Shown here: positions 1-8,933 of the stretch, one piece after another
Numbering within the stretch: position 1 is the first letter of the stretch
Layout of the letters: every line of letters starts with the position of its first letter
Assembly: GCA_963812135.1 (NCBI GenBank)
Contig: CAWETU010000001.1
Span: forward strand, 704,001-768,000
Reading direction: 5' to 3'
Length of the DNA stretch: 64,000 nucleotides
DNA from: Vulcanimicrobiota bacterium
Lineage (GTDB): Bacteria; Vulcanimicrobiota; Vulcanimicrobiia; Eremiobacterales; Eremiobacteraceae
Program-made: the position numbers and the translations under genes
The notes under the pieces: generated by a model
Databases searched by the model: none
The model's input: the letters and a program-made list of their open reading frames with translations, nothing else
Told to the model about the DNA's origin: nothing

Positions 1-483
1 GACGACGTACTCGCCGTCGACCATGCCGACGCGCACGCCGGCCACGGGTTGATCGAAGGGGATGTCGGAGACGGCGAGCGCCGCGCCTGCGGCGACGAGC
101 GCCACGACATCGGGATCGACTTCCGGATCGACGGAAAGCGTCGTGATGATGATGTGGATGTCGTTACGGAAGCCTTCGGGGAACAGCGGTCGGATCGGCC
201 GGTCGATGAGACGCGCGGTCAGCGTCGCCTTCTCGGACGGACGGCCTTCGCGCTTGATGAAACCGCCTGGGATCTTGCCCGCGGCGTACATCCGCTCTTC
301 GTAATCGACCGTGAGGGGGAAAAATTCGATGCCTTCTCGTGGATTCATACTGGCGGTGACGGCGGCGAGAACGCAGGTGTCGCCGTAACGCACAAATACG
401 GAGCCGCTGGCCTGGCGCGCAAGCTCACCTGTTTCGATGGTAAGCGTACGCCCGCCCAGCTCCATGCTGACGGACTCTGGCAA
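1..483 (-). CDS. pnp: Polyribonucleotide nucleotidyltransferase (PNPase), 5' part; runs off the window start
   Basis: Manual reverse translation gives [29 protein letters not shown]...[53 protein letters not shown] start at 483 with AAAGGAG RBS. Lies downstream of rpsO, the usual arrangement. Confidence 0.96.
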   Translation of the reverse strand, partial: MPESVSMELGGRTLTIETGELARQASGSVFVRYGDTCVLAAVTASMNPREGIEFFPLTVDYEERMYAAGKIPGGFIKREGRPSEKATLTARLIDRPIRPLFPEGFRNDIHIIITTLSVDPEVDPDVVALVAAGAALAVSDIPFDQPVAGVRVGMVDGEYVV

Positions 484-667
484 AAGGGACTCCTTTTCAA
501 GGCTCGCGACGTTCGATCGCGAGATCATGTGTTAATCGATTCTGATGTGACGATATGCTTCTTCTTAATAATGGGTGGCTATCCCTGGAGCACGCGTTAG
601 CGTACCGGTCGGCCCTGACGGGGCGCGGCGCGCACGGAAATCGCGCTCGATGAAAACCTGCGGCTTG

Positions 668-937
668 TTAGTGTCGCAGACCCAATTGGTTGACGATCGC
701 CCGATAGCGCTCGAGATCGGCGCTCTCGAGGTAGCGCAAGAGGCGGCGCCGCTTGCCGACCTTCATGAGCAGTCCGCGCCGGCTGGCGTGGTCTTTCTTA
801 TGCGATTTGAGATGCTCGGTGAGGTCGTTGATGGATTCGGTCAAAAGGGCGATCTGGACTTCAGGCGACCCGGTATCGTTGTCTTTGCGCTTGTGTTTTG
901 CGATGACCGAGGTCTTGTGATCTTTGGACAATGCCAT
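668..937 (-). CDS. rpsO: 30S ribosomal protein S15
   Basis: [13 protein letters not shown]...[29 protein letters not shown]; 89 aa. Confidence 0.98.
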   Translation of the reverse strand: MALSKDHKTSVIAKHKRKDNDTGSPEVQIALLTESINDLTEHLKSHKKDHASRRGLLMKVGKRRRLLRYLESADLERYRAIVNQLGLRH

Positions 938-981
938 GCTGTGGTGAACTCCTTTTCCACATTCGCCCGCGGACCAGCCGT

Positions 982-1005
982 GTAGCGGTCGAATTCATTC
1001 GACCG
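982..1005 (+). repeat. GTAG-headed REP-like palindrome, copy 1
   Basis: GTAG-CGGTCGAA-ttca-TTCGACCG; near-identical copies at 26623 and 48560. Confidence 0.8.
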
Positions 1006-1028
1006 GCCGGTACCGGGGTACATCGGAC

Positions 1029-1058
1029 AGGATACCATGGCGCGCAAACCCCCGTCAA
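1029..1058 (-). promoter_or_regulatory. Putative sigma70-type promoter of rpsO
   Basis: Minus strand TTGACG-N18-TATCCT with TG extended -10. Confidence 0.6.
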
Positions 1059-1091
1059 ACCTAGCTGCGCCGTCTCCGTCAATGCGCCGGG

Positions 1092-1123
1092 AAAAGAAAA
1101 GCCCCCGCGTCCGGCGCGGGGGG
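1092..1123 (-). terminator. Intrinsic terminator after the LysM gene
   Basis: Minus strand CCCCCGCG-ccgga-CGCGGGGG followed by CTTTTCTTTT. Confidence 0.75.
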
Positions 1124-1130
1124 TCTCGAT

Positions 1131-1154
1131 CGGTCGAGTGAACTCGACGGCTAC
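1131..1154 (-). repeat. GTAG-headed REP-like palindrome, copy 2 (inverted relative to copy 1)
   Basis: Minus strand GTAG-CCGTCGAGT-tc-ACTCGACCG; its TAG is the stop codon of the LysM ORF. Confidence 0.7.
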
Positions 1155-1444
1155 TGACGTGGGACGAGGAGAACCTGGCCTGGGCGCAGCGATTGGCCCG
1201 CCTTGATATGGTTGAGGCTCATGACGTTGTAGGCCAGCTCGTTGACGTCGCTTCCCTCAGCGGCGTGCTTGGCGACGAGGCCCCACACGGTGTCGCCATG
1301 GCTCACGACGACCTTGTCGTAGTGGGCGGGACTGGACGTGTAGACCTGGGACGCCCACACCACCGGCAGGGCGAACACCAGCACGAGGGAGAGCACTTGG
1401 ATGAAGGGAATGAGCGTGACCCGCGTCGGGCGGCGTTTATGCAT
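1151..1444 (-). CDS. Membrane-anchored LysM protein; probable SOS cell-division inhibitor (YneA/ChiZ-like)
   Basis: N-terminal TM helix plus LysM motif (VVVSHGDTVWGLVAKH...NHIKAGQSLRPGQVLLVP); divergent from lexA with LexA boxes upstream. Confidence 0.8.
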   Translation of the reverse strand: MHKRRPTRVTLIPFIQVLSLVLVFALPVVWASQVYTSSPAHYDKVVVSHGDTVWGLVAKHAAEGSDVNELAYNVMSLNHIKAGQSLRPGQVLLVPRQ

Positions 1445-1472
1445 CAGAGCTGTCCTCCGAGCCTGCTCGGCT

Positions 1473-1486
1473 CGAACATATGTTCT
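1473..1486. promoter_or_regulatory. LexA (Cheo/SOS) box 1
   Basis: CGAAC-ATAT-GTTCT matches GAAC-N4-GTTC; just downstream of the LysM-gene -10 element. Confidence 0.85.
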
Positions 1487-1492
1487 GGGGTC

Positions 1493-1522
1493 ATCTTACC
1501 GCCGTCTGAAGCCAAGTGTCAA
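1493..1522 (-). promoter_or_regulatory. Putative sigma70 promoter of the LysM gene
   Basis: Minus strand TTGACA-N18-TAAGAT. Confidence 0.65.
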
Positions 1523-1530
1523 GGTTTTTT

Positions 1531-1544
1531 CGAACAAACGTTTG
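1531..1544. promoter_or_regulatory. LexA box 2, overlapping the putative lexA -35
   Basis: CGAAC-AAAC-GTTTG; candidate lexA promoter TTGCTT-N17-TAGAAT at 1542-1570. Confidence 0.7.
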
Positions 1545-1668
1545 CTTCCGAGCGCGGGGTATGCTAGAATCCAGGTTACCGTCGCATGGGGTGAGCCTTC
1601 GACGGATGTCTGCGTCGCCTATTGTCCCGCGTGCGACGCTCGGAAAAGGGAAAGGGCGGTATACTCCT

Positions 1669-2283
1669 GTGGATCGCAAGACGACACCGCGGCAGCAGGC
1701 CATCCTCGACTGCATCAAAGAGTTTCAGCGGGCGCATGGGTACCCGCCCTCGGTCCGTGAGATCGGCGAGCGCGTCGGCTTATCCAGCAGCTCCACCGTG
1801 CAGAGCCACCTCCGCACGCTTCAGCGCAAGGGCCTCATTCATCGCGACGCCACCAAGCCGCGCGCGCTGGTCACCGGCAGCGAGGTGTCTCGCGACGTCG
1901 TGACGCTGCCGCTCGTCGGCCGCATCGCCGCCGGCCCCGTCGCAACCGCCATCGAGAACATCGAAGAAGAGATCGTGCTTCCCTCAAACTTGGCGGCCAA
2001 GGCCGGCTCGTTCATGCTGCGCGTCAAGGGCGACTCCATGGTCGACGCGGCGATCCTCGACGGCGACCTCATCGTCGTGCAGCCGCAACAGGTCGCCAAC
2101 AACGGCGATATCGTCGTGGCGATGGTCGAAGGTCCGGGCACCGAAGGCGACGCCACCGTGAAGACCTTCTATAAGGAAGCGAATCGCATCCGGTTGCAGC
2201 CGGCGAACAAATACATGGAACCGATCTACGCCGACGACGTGCAGATCCTCGGCAAAGTCTCCGCCGTCATCCGCAAACTCTAA
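1669..2283 (+). CDS. lexA: SOS repressor LexA
   Basis: wHTH (PPSVREIGERVGLSSSSTVQSHL), Ala-Gly cleavage site GRIAAG, catalytic GDSM and ATVK; GTG 1669 is the likely start. Confidence 0.97.
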   Translation: MDRKTTPRQQAILDCIKEFQRAHGYPPSVREIGERVGLSSSSTVQSHLRTLQRKGLIHRDATKPRALVTGSEVSRDVVTLPLVGRIAAGPVATAIENIEEEIVLPSNLAAKAGSFMLRVKGDSMVDAAILDGDLIVVQPQQVANNGDIVVAMVEGPGTEGDATVKTFYKEANRIRLQPANKYMEPIYADDVQILGKVSAVIRKL

Positions 2284-2284
2284 T

Positions 2285-2310
2285 GTAGCACCCGAGCGAA
2301 GGCTCGGGTG
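2285..2310 (+). repeat. GTAG-headed palindrome of a second type; may also act as a terminator
   Basis: GTAG-CACCCGAGC-gaag-GCTCGGGTG; similar stem CACCCGAGC-tgc-GCTCGGG near 58577. Confidence 0.5.
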
Positions 2311-2400
2311 TTCTTGCGAGCGCAGCTCGCGAGCGCGCTTAAGGATGGCCCGCCTCTCGAAGGCAGGCCATCTTGCGTTTGAGCGGTGAAGCTACGTCGT

Positions 2401-3153
2401 ATGAAGCCGAAGATCGCCATTGCGGTGAGCGCGCACGAGCTGGGCAAGCCCGACGCGCGCGCGAAATATCGCTTTGCGGTCGAACAAGCGGGCGGTCAGC
2501 CCGAGCTCGTGGGCCCGCCGCAATACCTGGCATCGGTCTCCGAGTTGCTCGAGCGCTTTGATGGCTTGCTCGTACCAGGCGGCGCCGACGTCGCACCCAC
2601 GATTTATGGAAGTCGCGAGCATCCGGCCGTCGAGTCGGCCCCCGAAGGCACTGACGAATTCCAGATCGAGGCGGTGCGCGCCGCGCGGCGCGCGGGCATT
2701 CCATGCTTTGGCATCTGCCGCGGCATCCAGGTGATGAACGTCGCGCTCGGCGGCACGCTGTACGAGGACATCGAAGATCAATTCGAGCCGCCCAACGGAC
2801 TGCGGCTCACGCACAAGCAGACGCCCGATCACGCGCGCGACGAGACCACCCACGTGATCGAAGTCGCCAGCGGTTCGACGCTTGCCACGCTATTGGGCAC
2901 CACCTCGCTTGCGACCAATTCGCTGCATCACCAGGCGGTGCGCCGCGTCGCCGCCGGGCTGCAGGTCGTGGCGACCGCGCGCGACGGCGTCATCGAGGCG
3001 CTGGAGCTGCCCGAGGCGCGCGCGTTGTTCCTCGGCGTGCAATGGCACCCGGAAGAATTGGTCACGCGCGACGAGCCGAGCCGCCGCCTCTTCCGTGGTT
3101 TCGTCGAGCGCGCCGCGGAGCGCGCGCAACGCCGCACCGCGCGGGCGTCCTAG
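2401..3153 (+). CDS. Gamma-glutamyl-gamma-aminobutyrate hydrolase family (peptidase C26, class I glutamine amidotransferase)
   Basis: DGLLVPGGADV, FGICRGIQ nucleophile, NSLHHQAV, GVQWHPE. Confidence 0.9.
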   Translation: MKPKIAIAVSAHELGKPDARAKYRFAVEQAGGQPELVGPPQYLASVSELLERFDGLLVPGGADVAPTIYGSREHPAVESAPEGTDEFQIEAVRAARRAGIPCFGICRGIQVMNVALGGTLYEDIEDQFEPPNGLRLTHKQTPDHARDETTHVIEVASGSTLATLLGTTSLATNSLHHQAVRRVAAGLQVVATARDGVIEALELPEARALFLGVQWHPEELVTRDEPSRRLFRGFVERAAERAQRRTARAS

Positions 3154-3165
3154 GATCGAGGATCG

Positions 3166-4494
3166 TTGAGAGCGTCCGCGTTGCGCGGACTCGACGCCGC
3201 GATCGGCGCGCTCGAAGCCCGCATGTTGCCGCGCCTGCAGCGCGCGGCCGACGAGCCGCATTTCGCAGCGGTGCGCGCCGCCATCCAGCCGGCGTTCTGG
3301 GTGATGGCGGTGGCCACGGTCGTCGTCTACTTCTTCGTGCCGCCGCATCCGATCGTGTGGCAGCTCTCCGATCTCTTCGCGCGCTTCCTCGACGCGTACC
3401 ATATCGGCTTCGGCGCGATGGGCGTCGCGCTCGCCGTGCTGCTGGCCAACCATCTTGCGCTGCGCTTTGGCTACGATCGCATCGCGGCCGTGCTCTTGAC
3501 AGCGGCGGCTTTCGCGCTCTCGCTGCCGAGGCCGGTGCCGCATTCGCCTTTCGTCTTGCTCGGAACGCTGTCGGCAGGCAGCCTCTTCCTGGCGATCATC
3601 GTCGCCAGCCTGACCGGGGAGGCGATGCGCTGGATCTATCGCGCCATCAAGCGCCGGGCGCTCGCGTTCGTCGCGTCGGCGGTTGCGGTGCTCGGCCTCT
3701 TCGCCGGCATCGCGGGCCTGCTGGCGCCGTCTCACCACAGCATGGCGGACGTGCTGCTCGCCGCGATCAAGCCGCTGATCGGCGTGGGCGACACCCTGCC
3801 CGCATTGCTGCTCGTCGTGTTCCTCCAGGTGTTGCTATGGACCGCGGGTGTGCACGGCCCCGGTTTCCTGTCGGCGATCACCACCCCGATCTTCTTGGGG
3901 GCCATCGACGCGAACGGCCAAGCGCTCTTGCACCATCAGGCTCCGCCGCACATCGTCACCATCACGCTGTTCTTGTTTTTCTTTCCCGGCGGTTCCGGCG
4001 CGACGTTCTCGCTCAACGTCCTCATGCTGTTCTCGAAGATCCCGCGGGTGCGTAAGCTCGGCTTCGCGTCGATCCTGCCGAGCTTCATCAACGTCAACGA
4101 GCCGCTCATCTTCGGCTTACCGCTCGTGATGAATCCGAGTCTGACGATCCCGTTCATCGGCGTGCCGCTGGTGCTCGCCACGATCACCTATCTAGCGATG
4201 TACTTCGGCTTGGTGGCCAAAACCGTGGTGTTCTTGCCGGGCGCGATTCCGGCGCCGATCGCGGCCTGGCTCACCACCAACGGCGACTGGCGCGCGGTGG
4301 CGCTCGTGTTCGTCAACATCGCGCTGGCGTTCGTGATGTACCTACCCTTTTACCGGACATTCGAAGACACGCTCCGCGCGGCGCCCGAGCAAGAGGAACA
4401 ACTCGTCAAGGCGGCCGAGGCTATTCGCGAACACGAGCTCGAACTCGAACGGCATCCGGAAAGCGCGCGAACGGAAGAGGAGAGCATCCCGTGA
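3166..4494 (+). CDS. PTS sugar transporter EIIC (cellobiose/lactose family)
   Basis: Multi-TM protein with LWTAGVHG, GGSGATFSL, INVNEPLIFGLPLVMNP, MYLPF. Confidence 0.85.
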   Translation: MRASALRGLDAAIGALEARMLPRLQRAADEPHFAAVRAAIQPAFWVMAVATVVVYFFVPPHPIVWQLSDLFARFLDAYHIGFGAMGVALAVLLANHLALRFGYDRIAAVLLTAAAFALSLPRPVPHSPFVLLGTLSAGSLFLAIIVASLTGEAMRWIYRAIKRRALAFVASAVAVLGLFAGIAGLLAPSHHSMADVLLAAIKPLIGVGDTLPALLLVVFLQVLLWTAGVHGPGFLSAITTPIFLGAIDANGQALLHHQAPPHIVTITLFLFFFPGGSGATFSLNVLMLFSKIPRVRKLGFASILPSFINVNEPLIFGLPLVMNPSLTIPFIGVPLVLATITYLAMYFGLVAKTVVFLPGAIPAPIAAWLTTNGDWRAVALVFVNIALAFVMYLPFYRTFEDTLRAAPEQEEQLVKAAEAIREHELELERHPESARTEEESIP

Positions 4495-5756
4495 AGATCG
4501 TGCTGGCGGATGCGGCGCGGACGCTCGACATACCCGCGCGCATCGTCGACGCGGCGCAGGCGTCGCTCGAGCAGGTCGCCGATGCGTGGCGCGAGCGCGA
4601 CATACAGGCGTTTGCGGTGAGCGCAAAAGTGACCGCGGCGTTCGCGCGCGCCGGCATCGACGATTCTCACCTGGCGGGCAGTACCGGGTACGCGTATCAC
4701 GACCGCGGTCGCGAAGCGTATGAAACGCTGCTCGCCGACGTCTTCGGAGCGCCCGCCGCGCTGGCACGCTTGCAGTTCGTCAGCGGCACGCACGCGATCG
4801 TCGCCACGCTAGGCGCGCTGCTGCCCCGCGGCGGCACGCTGTGCTCGCTGACCGGCAGGCCCTATGACACCTTGCGGATGGCGCTCGTCGATCATCCCGC
4901 CGGCCTCGCAAGAGCCCGCGGCGTTGAATATCTCGAGACCGCGTGGACGACGGGCGCCGCGCCGCGCGAAGAAGACGCAAAAGACGCGTTGCGCCGCGTT
5001 CCCGACGTGGTGTTCATCCAACGCTCGCGCGGCTACGCCTCGCGCCCGTCGCTCTCGGTCGCGCAGATCGGCGCGCTGATCGAGATCGTGCGTGCGCACT
5101 CGCCAAGCTCTGTCGTCGTCGTCGACAATTGCTACGGCGAATTGGTGGAACGTACGGAGCCGACCAGCGTGGGCGCCGATCTCATCGTGGGATCGCTGAT
5201 CAAGAACCCCGGCGGCGGCCTCGCCACGACCGGCGGCTATGTCGCGGGCGACGCGCAACTCGTGGCCCGAGTCGCCGATTTCGCGTTCGCGCCTGGGCTG
5301 GGCAGCGCCGTGGGCCCGACGCTCGACGCGCAGCGCTGGTTCTTCGCGGGCCTGCACCGCGCGCCGCGCGCCGTGGCGGAGAGTCTCAAGACATTGGATT
5401 TCGCCGCCGCGCTCTTCGCGCGGCTCGGCTGCGACGTCGACCCGGTCGCCGGCGCGCCGCGTACCGACATCATCCAAGCGATCAAGCTAGGGACCGTATC
5501 GCGCCTTGAAGGCTTCGCGCGAGGATTGCAGCGGCTGCTGCCCGTCAACGCGCGCGCCACGCCGCAGCCCGGTCCGGTCCCCGGCTACGCCGATCCCGTC
5601 ATTATGGCGGGCGGCGCATTCGTCTCGGGCGCTACCCTCGAATTATCGTGTGACGCGCCGTTGCGAGAGCCGTACGAGGTCTACGTGCAAGGCGGCCTCG
5701 ACGCTGCGCACGGCGTCCTCGCGTTGATGGGCGCGGCCGCAGGCGCGTTCGCGTAA
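4491..5756 (+). CDS. PLP-dependent methionine gamma-lyase-like / aluminium-resistance family protein (YnbB-like)
   Basis: STGYAYHDRGRE, QFVSGTHA, IQRSRGY, VDNCYGE, GSLIKNPGGG, DAPLREPY. Confidence 0.9.
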   Translation: MKIVLADAARTLDIPARIVDAAQASLEQVADAWRERDIQAFAVSAKVTAAFARAGIDDSHLAGSTGYAYHDRGREAYETLLADVFGAPAALARLQFVSGTHAIVATLGALLPRGGTLCSLTGRPYDTLRMALVDHPAGLARARGVEYLETAWTTGAAPREEDAKDALRRVPDVVFIQRSRGYASRPSLSVAQIGALIEIVRAHSPSSVVVVDNCYGELVERTEPTSVGADLIVGSLIKNPGGGLATTGGYVAGDAQLVARVADFAFAPGLGSAVGPTLDAQRWFFAGLHRAPRAVAESLKTLDFAAALFARLGCDVDPVAGAPRTDIIQAIKLGTVSRLEGFARGLQRLLPVNARATPQPGPVPGYADPVIMAGGAFVSGATLELSCDAPLREPYEVYVQGGLDAAHGVLALMGAAAGAFA

Positions 5757-5792
5757 GAGGCGTTGCGCCACTACGAAGAAGAATATTGCGCT

Positions 5793-6143
5793 ATGACGGG
5801 TGACCTGCACAGACGCCAATACGTGCGCGTCCCGGTTTCATTGCCGGTGGAGTTCTCGCTTGAAGGGGACTCGACGGCGCATTCGGGTTCGGTGCTCGAT
5901 CTGGGCGCCGGCGGGATGCGCCTCGTCGCGCCGCACGACGTGCCGCCGCGCGCGACCCTCGATATACGATTCAGCCTGCCGGAACGCGCCAACTCGATCA
6001 GAGTGCGCGGACGCGTGGTGCTAAGCGCATTTCTCGGCACCGAAAAGACATACCATCACGGGATCGCGTTCACGTCCATCGATCCCGAAGACCGGCGAGC
6101 GATCGCCGACTTCGTGGATGCGAACGTGCTACCGAAGGCCTGA
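5793..6143 (+). CDS. Stand-alone PilZ domain protein (c-di-GMP receptor)
   Basis: RRQYVR (RxxxR) and DLGAGG (D/NxSxxG variant), plus GIAF. Confidence 0.8.
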   Translation: MTGDLHRRQYVRVPVSLPVEFSLEGDSTAHSGSVLDLGAGGMRLVAPHDVPPRATLDIRFSLPERANSIRVRGRVVLSAFLGTEKTYHHGIAFTSIDPEDRRAIADFVDANVLPKA

Positions 6144-6335
6144 TTCGCCCAAAAAACCGTAGAAGTAGTATTCCGTGCCGTCGGTCATCGTGAGGACCAC
6201 GCGGGTCTCCTCATATGACGCGCGGGCTACGGATTTCCCCGGCATCGTGTCGAGTATCCCCTGTGCGAAAACACGCTCTGCCTCGCGCAGGGCGTCCGGG
6301 TCGATGTCGATCAGCTCCGATTGCAAGTGCTTCAC
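6129..6335 (-). CDS. Small hypothetical protein (start uncertain)
   Basis: 3' part of ORF 6129..6947 reads like a globular protein (SELIDIDPDALREAERVFAQG...TMTDGTEYYFYGFLGE) and fills the gap between genes. Confidence 0.5.
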   Translation of the reverse strand: MKHLQSELIDIDPDALREAERVFAQGILDTMPGKSVARASYEETRVVLTMTDGTEYYFYGFLGESGLR

Positions 6336-6528
6336 GCCTGAGTTGTCCACTCCGATGATGCTCCGCCTGGCGTCGGTGCTGGCGGTCTGCCCGTGCTCGA
6401 AGGGATCCGCCTTCATATCCATATCATCGGCCACCCGCAGGGGCGACTTTACCGCCCGCGATGTCGAAAAGAGCGGGTGTGACGGCACTGTGACGTCCTG
6501 CGCCAGAGCGTTCGAGCGCGGGAGTGTC

Positions 6529-6864
6529 ATGCGGGACCCGCGAAAAGCGGGCGCCGATATGTTCGTGATCGAGGCGATGAACGGGCCGCTCGACGGCAAA
6601 GCATGGCGCTTTGAGCAGCGCATCAGTATCGGCAGAGACGCGTCCGCGGTGCAGGCCGTCGTGCCGACGGACCGCACAATTTCGCGCACGCACGCAGAAG
6701 TGTGCGCTGACGACACCGGCGTGCGCTTGACCGACCTTGGCAGCAGCAACGGCACGTACCTTGACGGCCGCCGGATCGATGGAAGTGTGAGCATCGCGGT
6801 TGGCCAGGCGTTTGTGGTCGGGCGCACAATGCTGCGCGTCATGAAACATTCCGATTCAGCATAA
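6529..6864 (+). CDS. FHA domain protein
   Basis: IGR...ISRTHA...DLGSSNGTYLDG FHA signature. Confidence 0.85.
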   Translation: MRDPRKAGADMFVIEAMNGPLDGKAWRFEQRISIGRDASAVQAVVPTDRTISRTHAEVCADDTGVRLTDLGSSNGTYLDGRRIDGSVSIAVGQAFVVGRTMLRVMKHSDSA

Positions 6865-6867
6865 GTC

Positions 6868-7704
6868 ATGCGCACGGTCGTGACCGTCGCACAGCTGCGC
6901 CGCGCGCGGGCATCGCTGCTCGGGCCGGTGGGTTTCGTGCCGACCATGGGCGCGCTGCATGCCGGTCACATCTCGCTCGTCGAGCGCGCGCGCCGCGAAT
7001 GCGCCGGCGTGATCGCGTCGGTCTTCGTCAATCCGCTCCAGTTCGGTCCGGCTGAGGATTTCGATCGCTATCCGCGCTCGCTCGAGGCCGACTCGTCGTC
7101 GCTGGAGCGCGCCGGCGTCGATCTGTTGTTCGCGCCCAGCCGGGATGAGATGTATCCGCCGGACGCGCAGACGCGCATCGCGCCGGGCCCGATAGCGGCA
7201 CACTTGGAGGGCGAGCGGCGGCCGGGATTCTTCGGCGGCGTGGCGACCGTCGTGCTCAAACTGTTCAACGCCGTCGCGCCCGACGTCGCGTACTTCGGCC
7301 AAAAGGATGCGCAGCAGCTCGCCGTCGTGCGGCGCATGGTGCGCGATCTCGATCTGCCGATCAGGATCGAAGGCTGTCCGACCGTGCGCGAACCGGACGG
7401 GTTGGCGCTCTCCTCGCGCAACGCGTACCTCGACGCCGCGCAACGGCGCGAGGCCGTCCGGCTGTACGGCGCACTGCGGCACATCGCGAGCGCGCTCGCG
7501 GAGGGTCAGCGCGACGTCGACGCGGCGGTCGCGCAGGCGGAAGCGATGCTGCCGCCCTTGAAGATGGACTACCTGGCCGTCGTCGACTCTGGCGTGTTTG
7601 AACCCTTGCACGCCGCGCCGGCGAACGCTGACCTGCTCGTGGTCGGCGCCGCGTTCGACGGTCCCACCCGCCTGATCGACAATGTGGAAGTGCACACGCC
7701 CTAA
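6868..7704 (+). CDS. panC: Pantoate--beta-alanine ligase
   Basis: GFVPTMGALHAGH, FVNPLQF, FGQKDAQQ, GLALSSRN, RLIDN. Confidence 0.97.
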   Translation: MRTVVTVAQLRRARASLLGPVGFVPTMGALHAGHISLVERARRECAGVIASVFVNPLQFGPAEDFDRYPRSLEADSSSLERAGVDLLFAPSRDEMYPPDAQTRIAPGPIAAHLEGERRPGFFGGVATVVLKLFNAVAPDVAYFGQKDAQQLAVVRRMVRDLDLPIRIEGCPTVREPDGLALSSRNAYLDAAQRREAVRLYGALRHIASALAEGQRDVDAAVAQAEAMLPPLKMDYLAVVDSGVFEPLHAAPANADLLVVGAAFDGPTRLIDNVEVHTP

Positions 7705-7707
7705 GCC

Positions 7708-8931
7708 ATGAGCCGCGCGCAGACGAACGACCTCGCCGGTGCCACCCTGCTCGTCGGGGTGTGCGGCGGCATCGCTGCGTACAAGTGCGCCGGCATCGTC
7801 AGCGCACTGCGTCAAGCGGGCGCCGAGGTGCACGTCATCATGACCGAGTCGGCGCAGCGCTTCGTCACTCCCCTGACCTTCCAAGCGCTCTCCAACCACG
7901 ACGTGCACACCGACATGTTCGCCGCGGGATCGACGTGGGATATCGCGCACATCGGCTTGGTCCGCAAGAGCGATCTGCTGCTCGTGCTCAACGCGACCGC
8001 GAACACGCTCGCCAAGCTCGCGTACGGCATCGCCGACAATCTGCTGACGACCGCGGTGCTGGCGACGCGCCGGCCCGTGCTCGTCGCGCCCGCGATGAAC
8101 ACCGCGATGCTCGAAGCCGCTCCGACGCAAGCCAACATCGCAGCGCTGCAAGCGCGCGGCATGGAATTCATCGAGCCCGGCGCCGGCTTCTTGGCGTGCG
8201 GCGAGGTCGGCAGCGGCCGGCTCGCGGACGAAGACGACATCCTCACCGCGGTGCGCCGCGTTTTAGCGCGTTCGCATCAGCTCGATGGCGAGCGCGTTTT
8301 GATCACCGCCGGTCCGACCCGCGAGTTCGCCGATCCCGCGCGCTTTTTGTCCAATCCTTCGACCGGGCGCATGGGTTATGCGCTTGCGGCCGAGGCGGCG
8401 GCGCGCGGTGCGCGCGTCACGCTCATCAGCGGCCCGACCGAACTGCGTGCGCCGGCGAACGTCGAGCTGATCCGCGTGACGAGTGCGCGCGAGATGCACA
8501 ACGCGGTGCTCGAGCACCTGCCTGCGGCGTCGCTGTTCATCGGCGCCGCCGCGGTCGCAGATTTCCGGCCGGAGCTTGTCAGCGCGCACAAAGCGAAGAA
8601 GGACGTTGCTGAGTCCACGCTTGCGCTCACGCGCAACCCGGACATCATCGCCGACGTCGTGGCGGCGCGCCCGCCGGGCTGCTTCATCGCCGGATTCGCG
8701 GCCGAGTCGGAGCGCGTGGAAGAGAACGCGCGCGAGAAACTGCAACGCAAAGGCCTCGATCTGATCGTCGCCAACCGCATCGGCGGCGCCGGCGGCGCGT
8801 TCGGCTCATCCGAGAACGAAGCGACACTGTTGTGGGGCGCCGACGGCCGCGAGCCTTTGGCGCGCGCGTCAAAAGCCGATGTGGCGTCCGCCATACTCGA
8901 ACGGATCGCCGCGCTGCGGGGCGCGCGCTGA
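7708..8931 (+). CDS. coaBC: Bifunctional PPC decarboxylase / PPC synthetase
   Basis: GGIAAYK, APAMN, LACGEVGSGR, ITAGPTRE, SNPSTGRMG, AAVADFRP, GFAAES. Confidence 0.97.
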   Translation: MSRAQTNDLAGATLLVGVCGGIAAYKCAGIVSALRQAGAEVHVIMTESAQRFVTPLTFQALSNHDVHTDMFAAGSTWDIAHIGLVRKSDLLLVLNATANTLAKLAYGIADNLLTTAVLATRRPVLVAPAMNTAMLEAAPTQANIAALQARGMEFIEPGAGFLACGEVGSGRLADEDDILTAVRRVLARSHQLDGERVLITAGPTREFADPARFLSNPSTGRMGYALAAEAAARGARVTLISGPTELRAPANVELIRVTSAREMHNAVLEHLPAASLFIGAAAVADFRPELVSAHKAKKDVAESTLALTRNPDIIADVVAARPPGCFIAGFAAESERVEENAREKLQRKGLDLIVANRIGGAGGAFGSSENEATLLWGADGREPLARASKADVASAILERIAALRGAR

Positions 8932-8933
8932 GC

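Noticed and set aside
49..600. 183-aa plus-strand ORF, and many other long antisense ORFs (e.g. 16343..18079, 22677..24386, 50574..52361)
   Set aside because: Shadow frames of well-recognised genes on the opposite strand, as expected in high-GC DNA.
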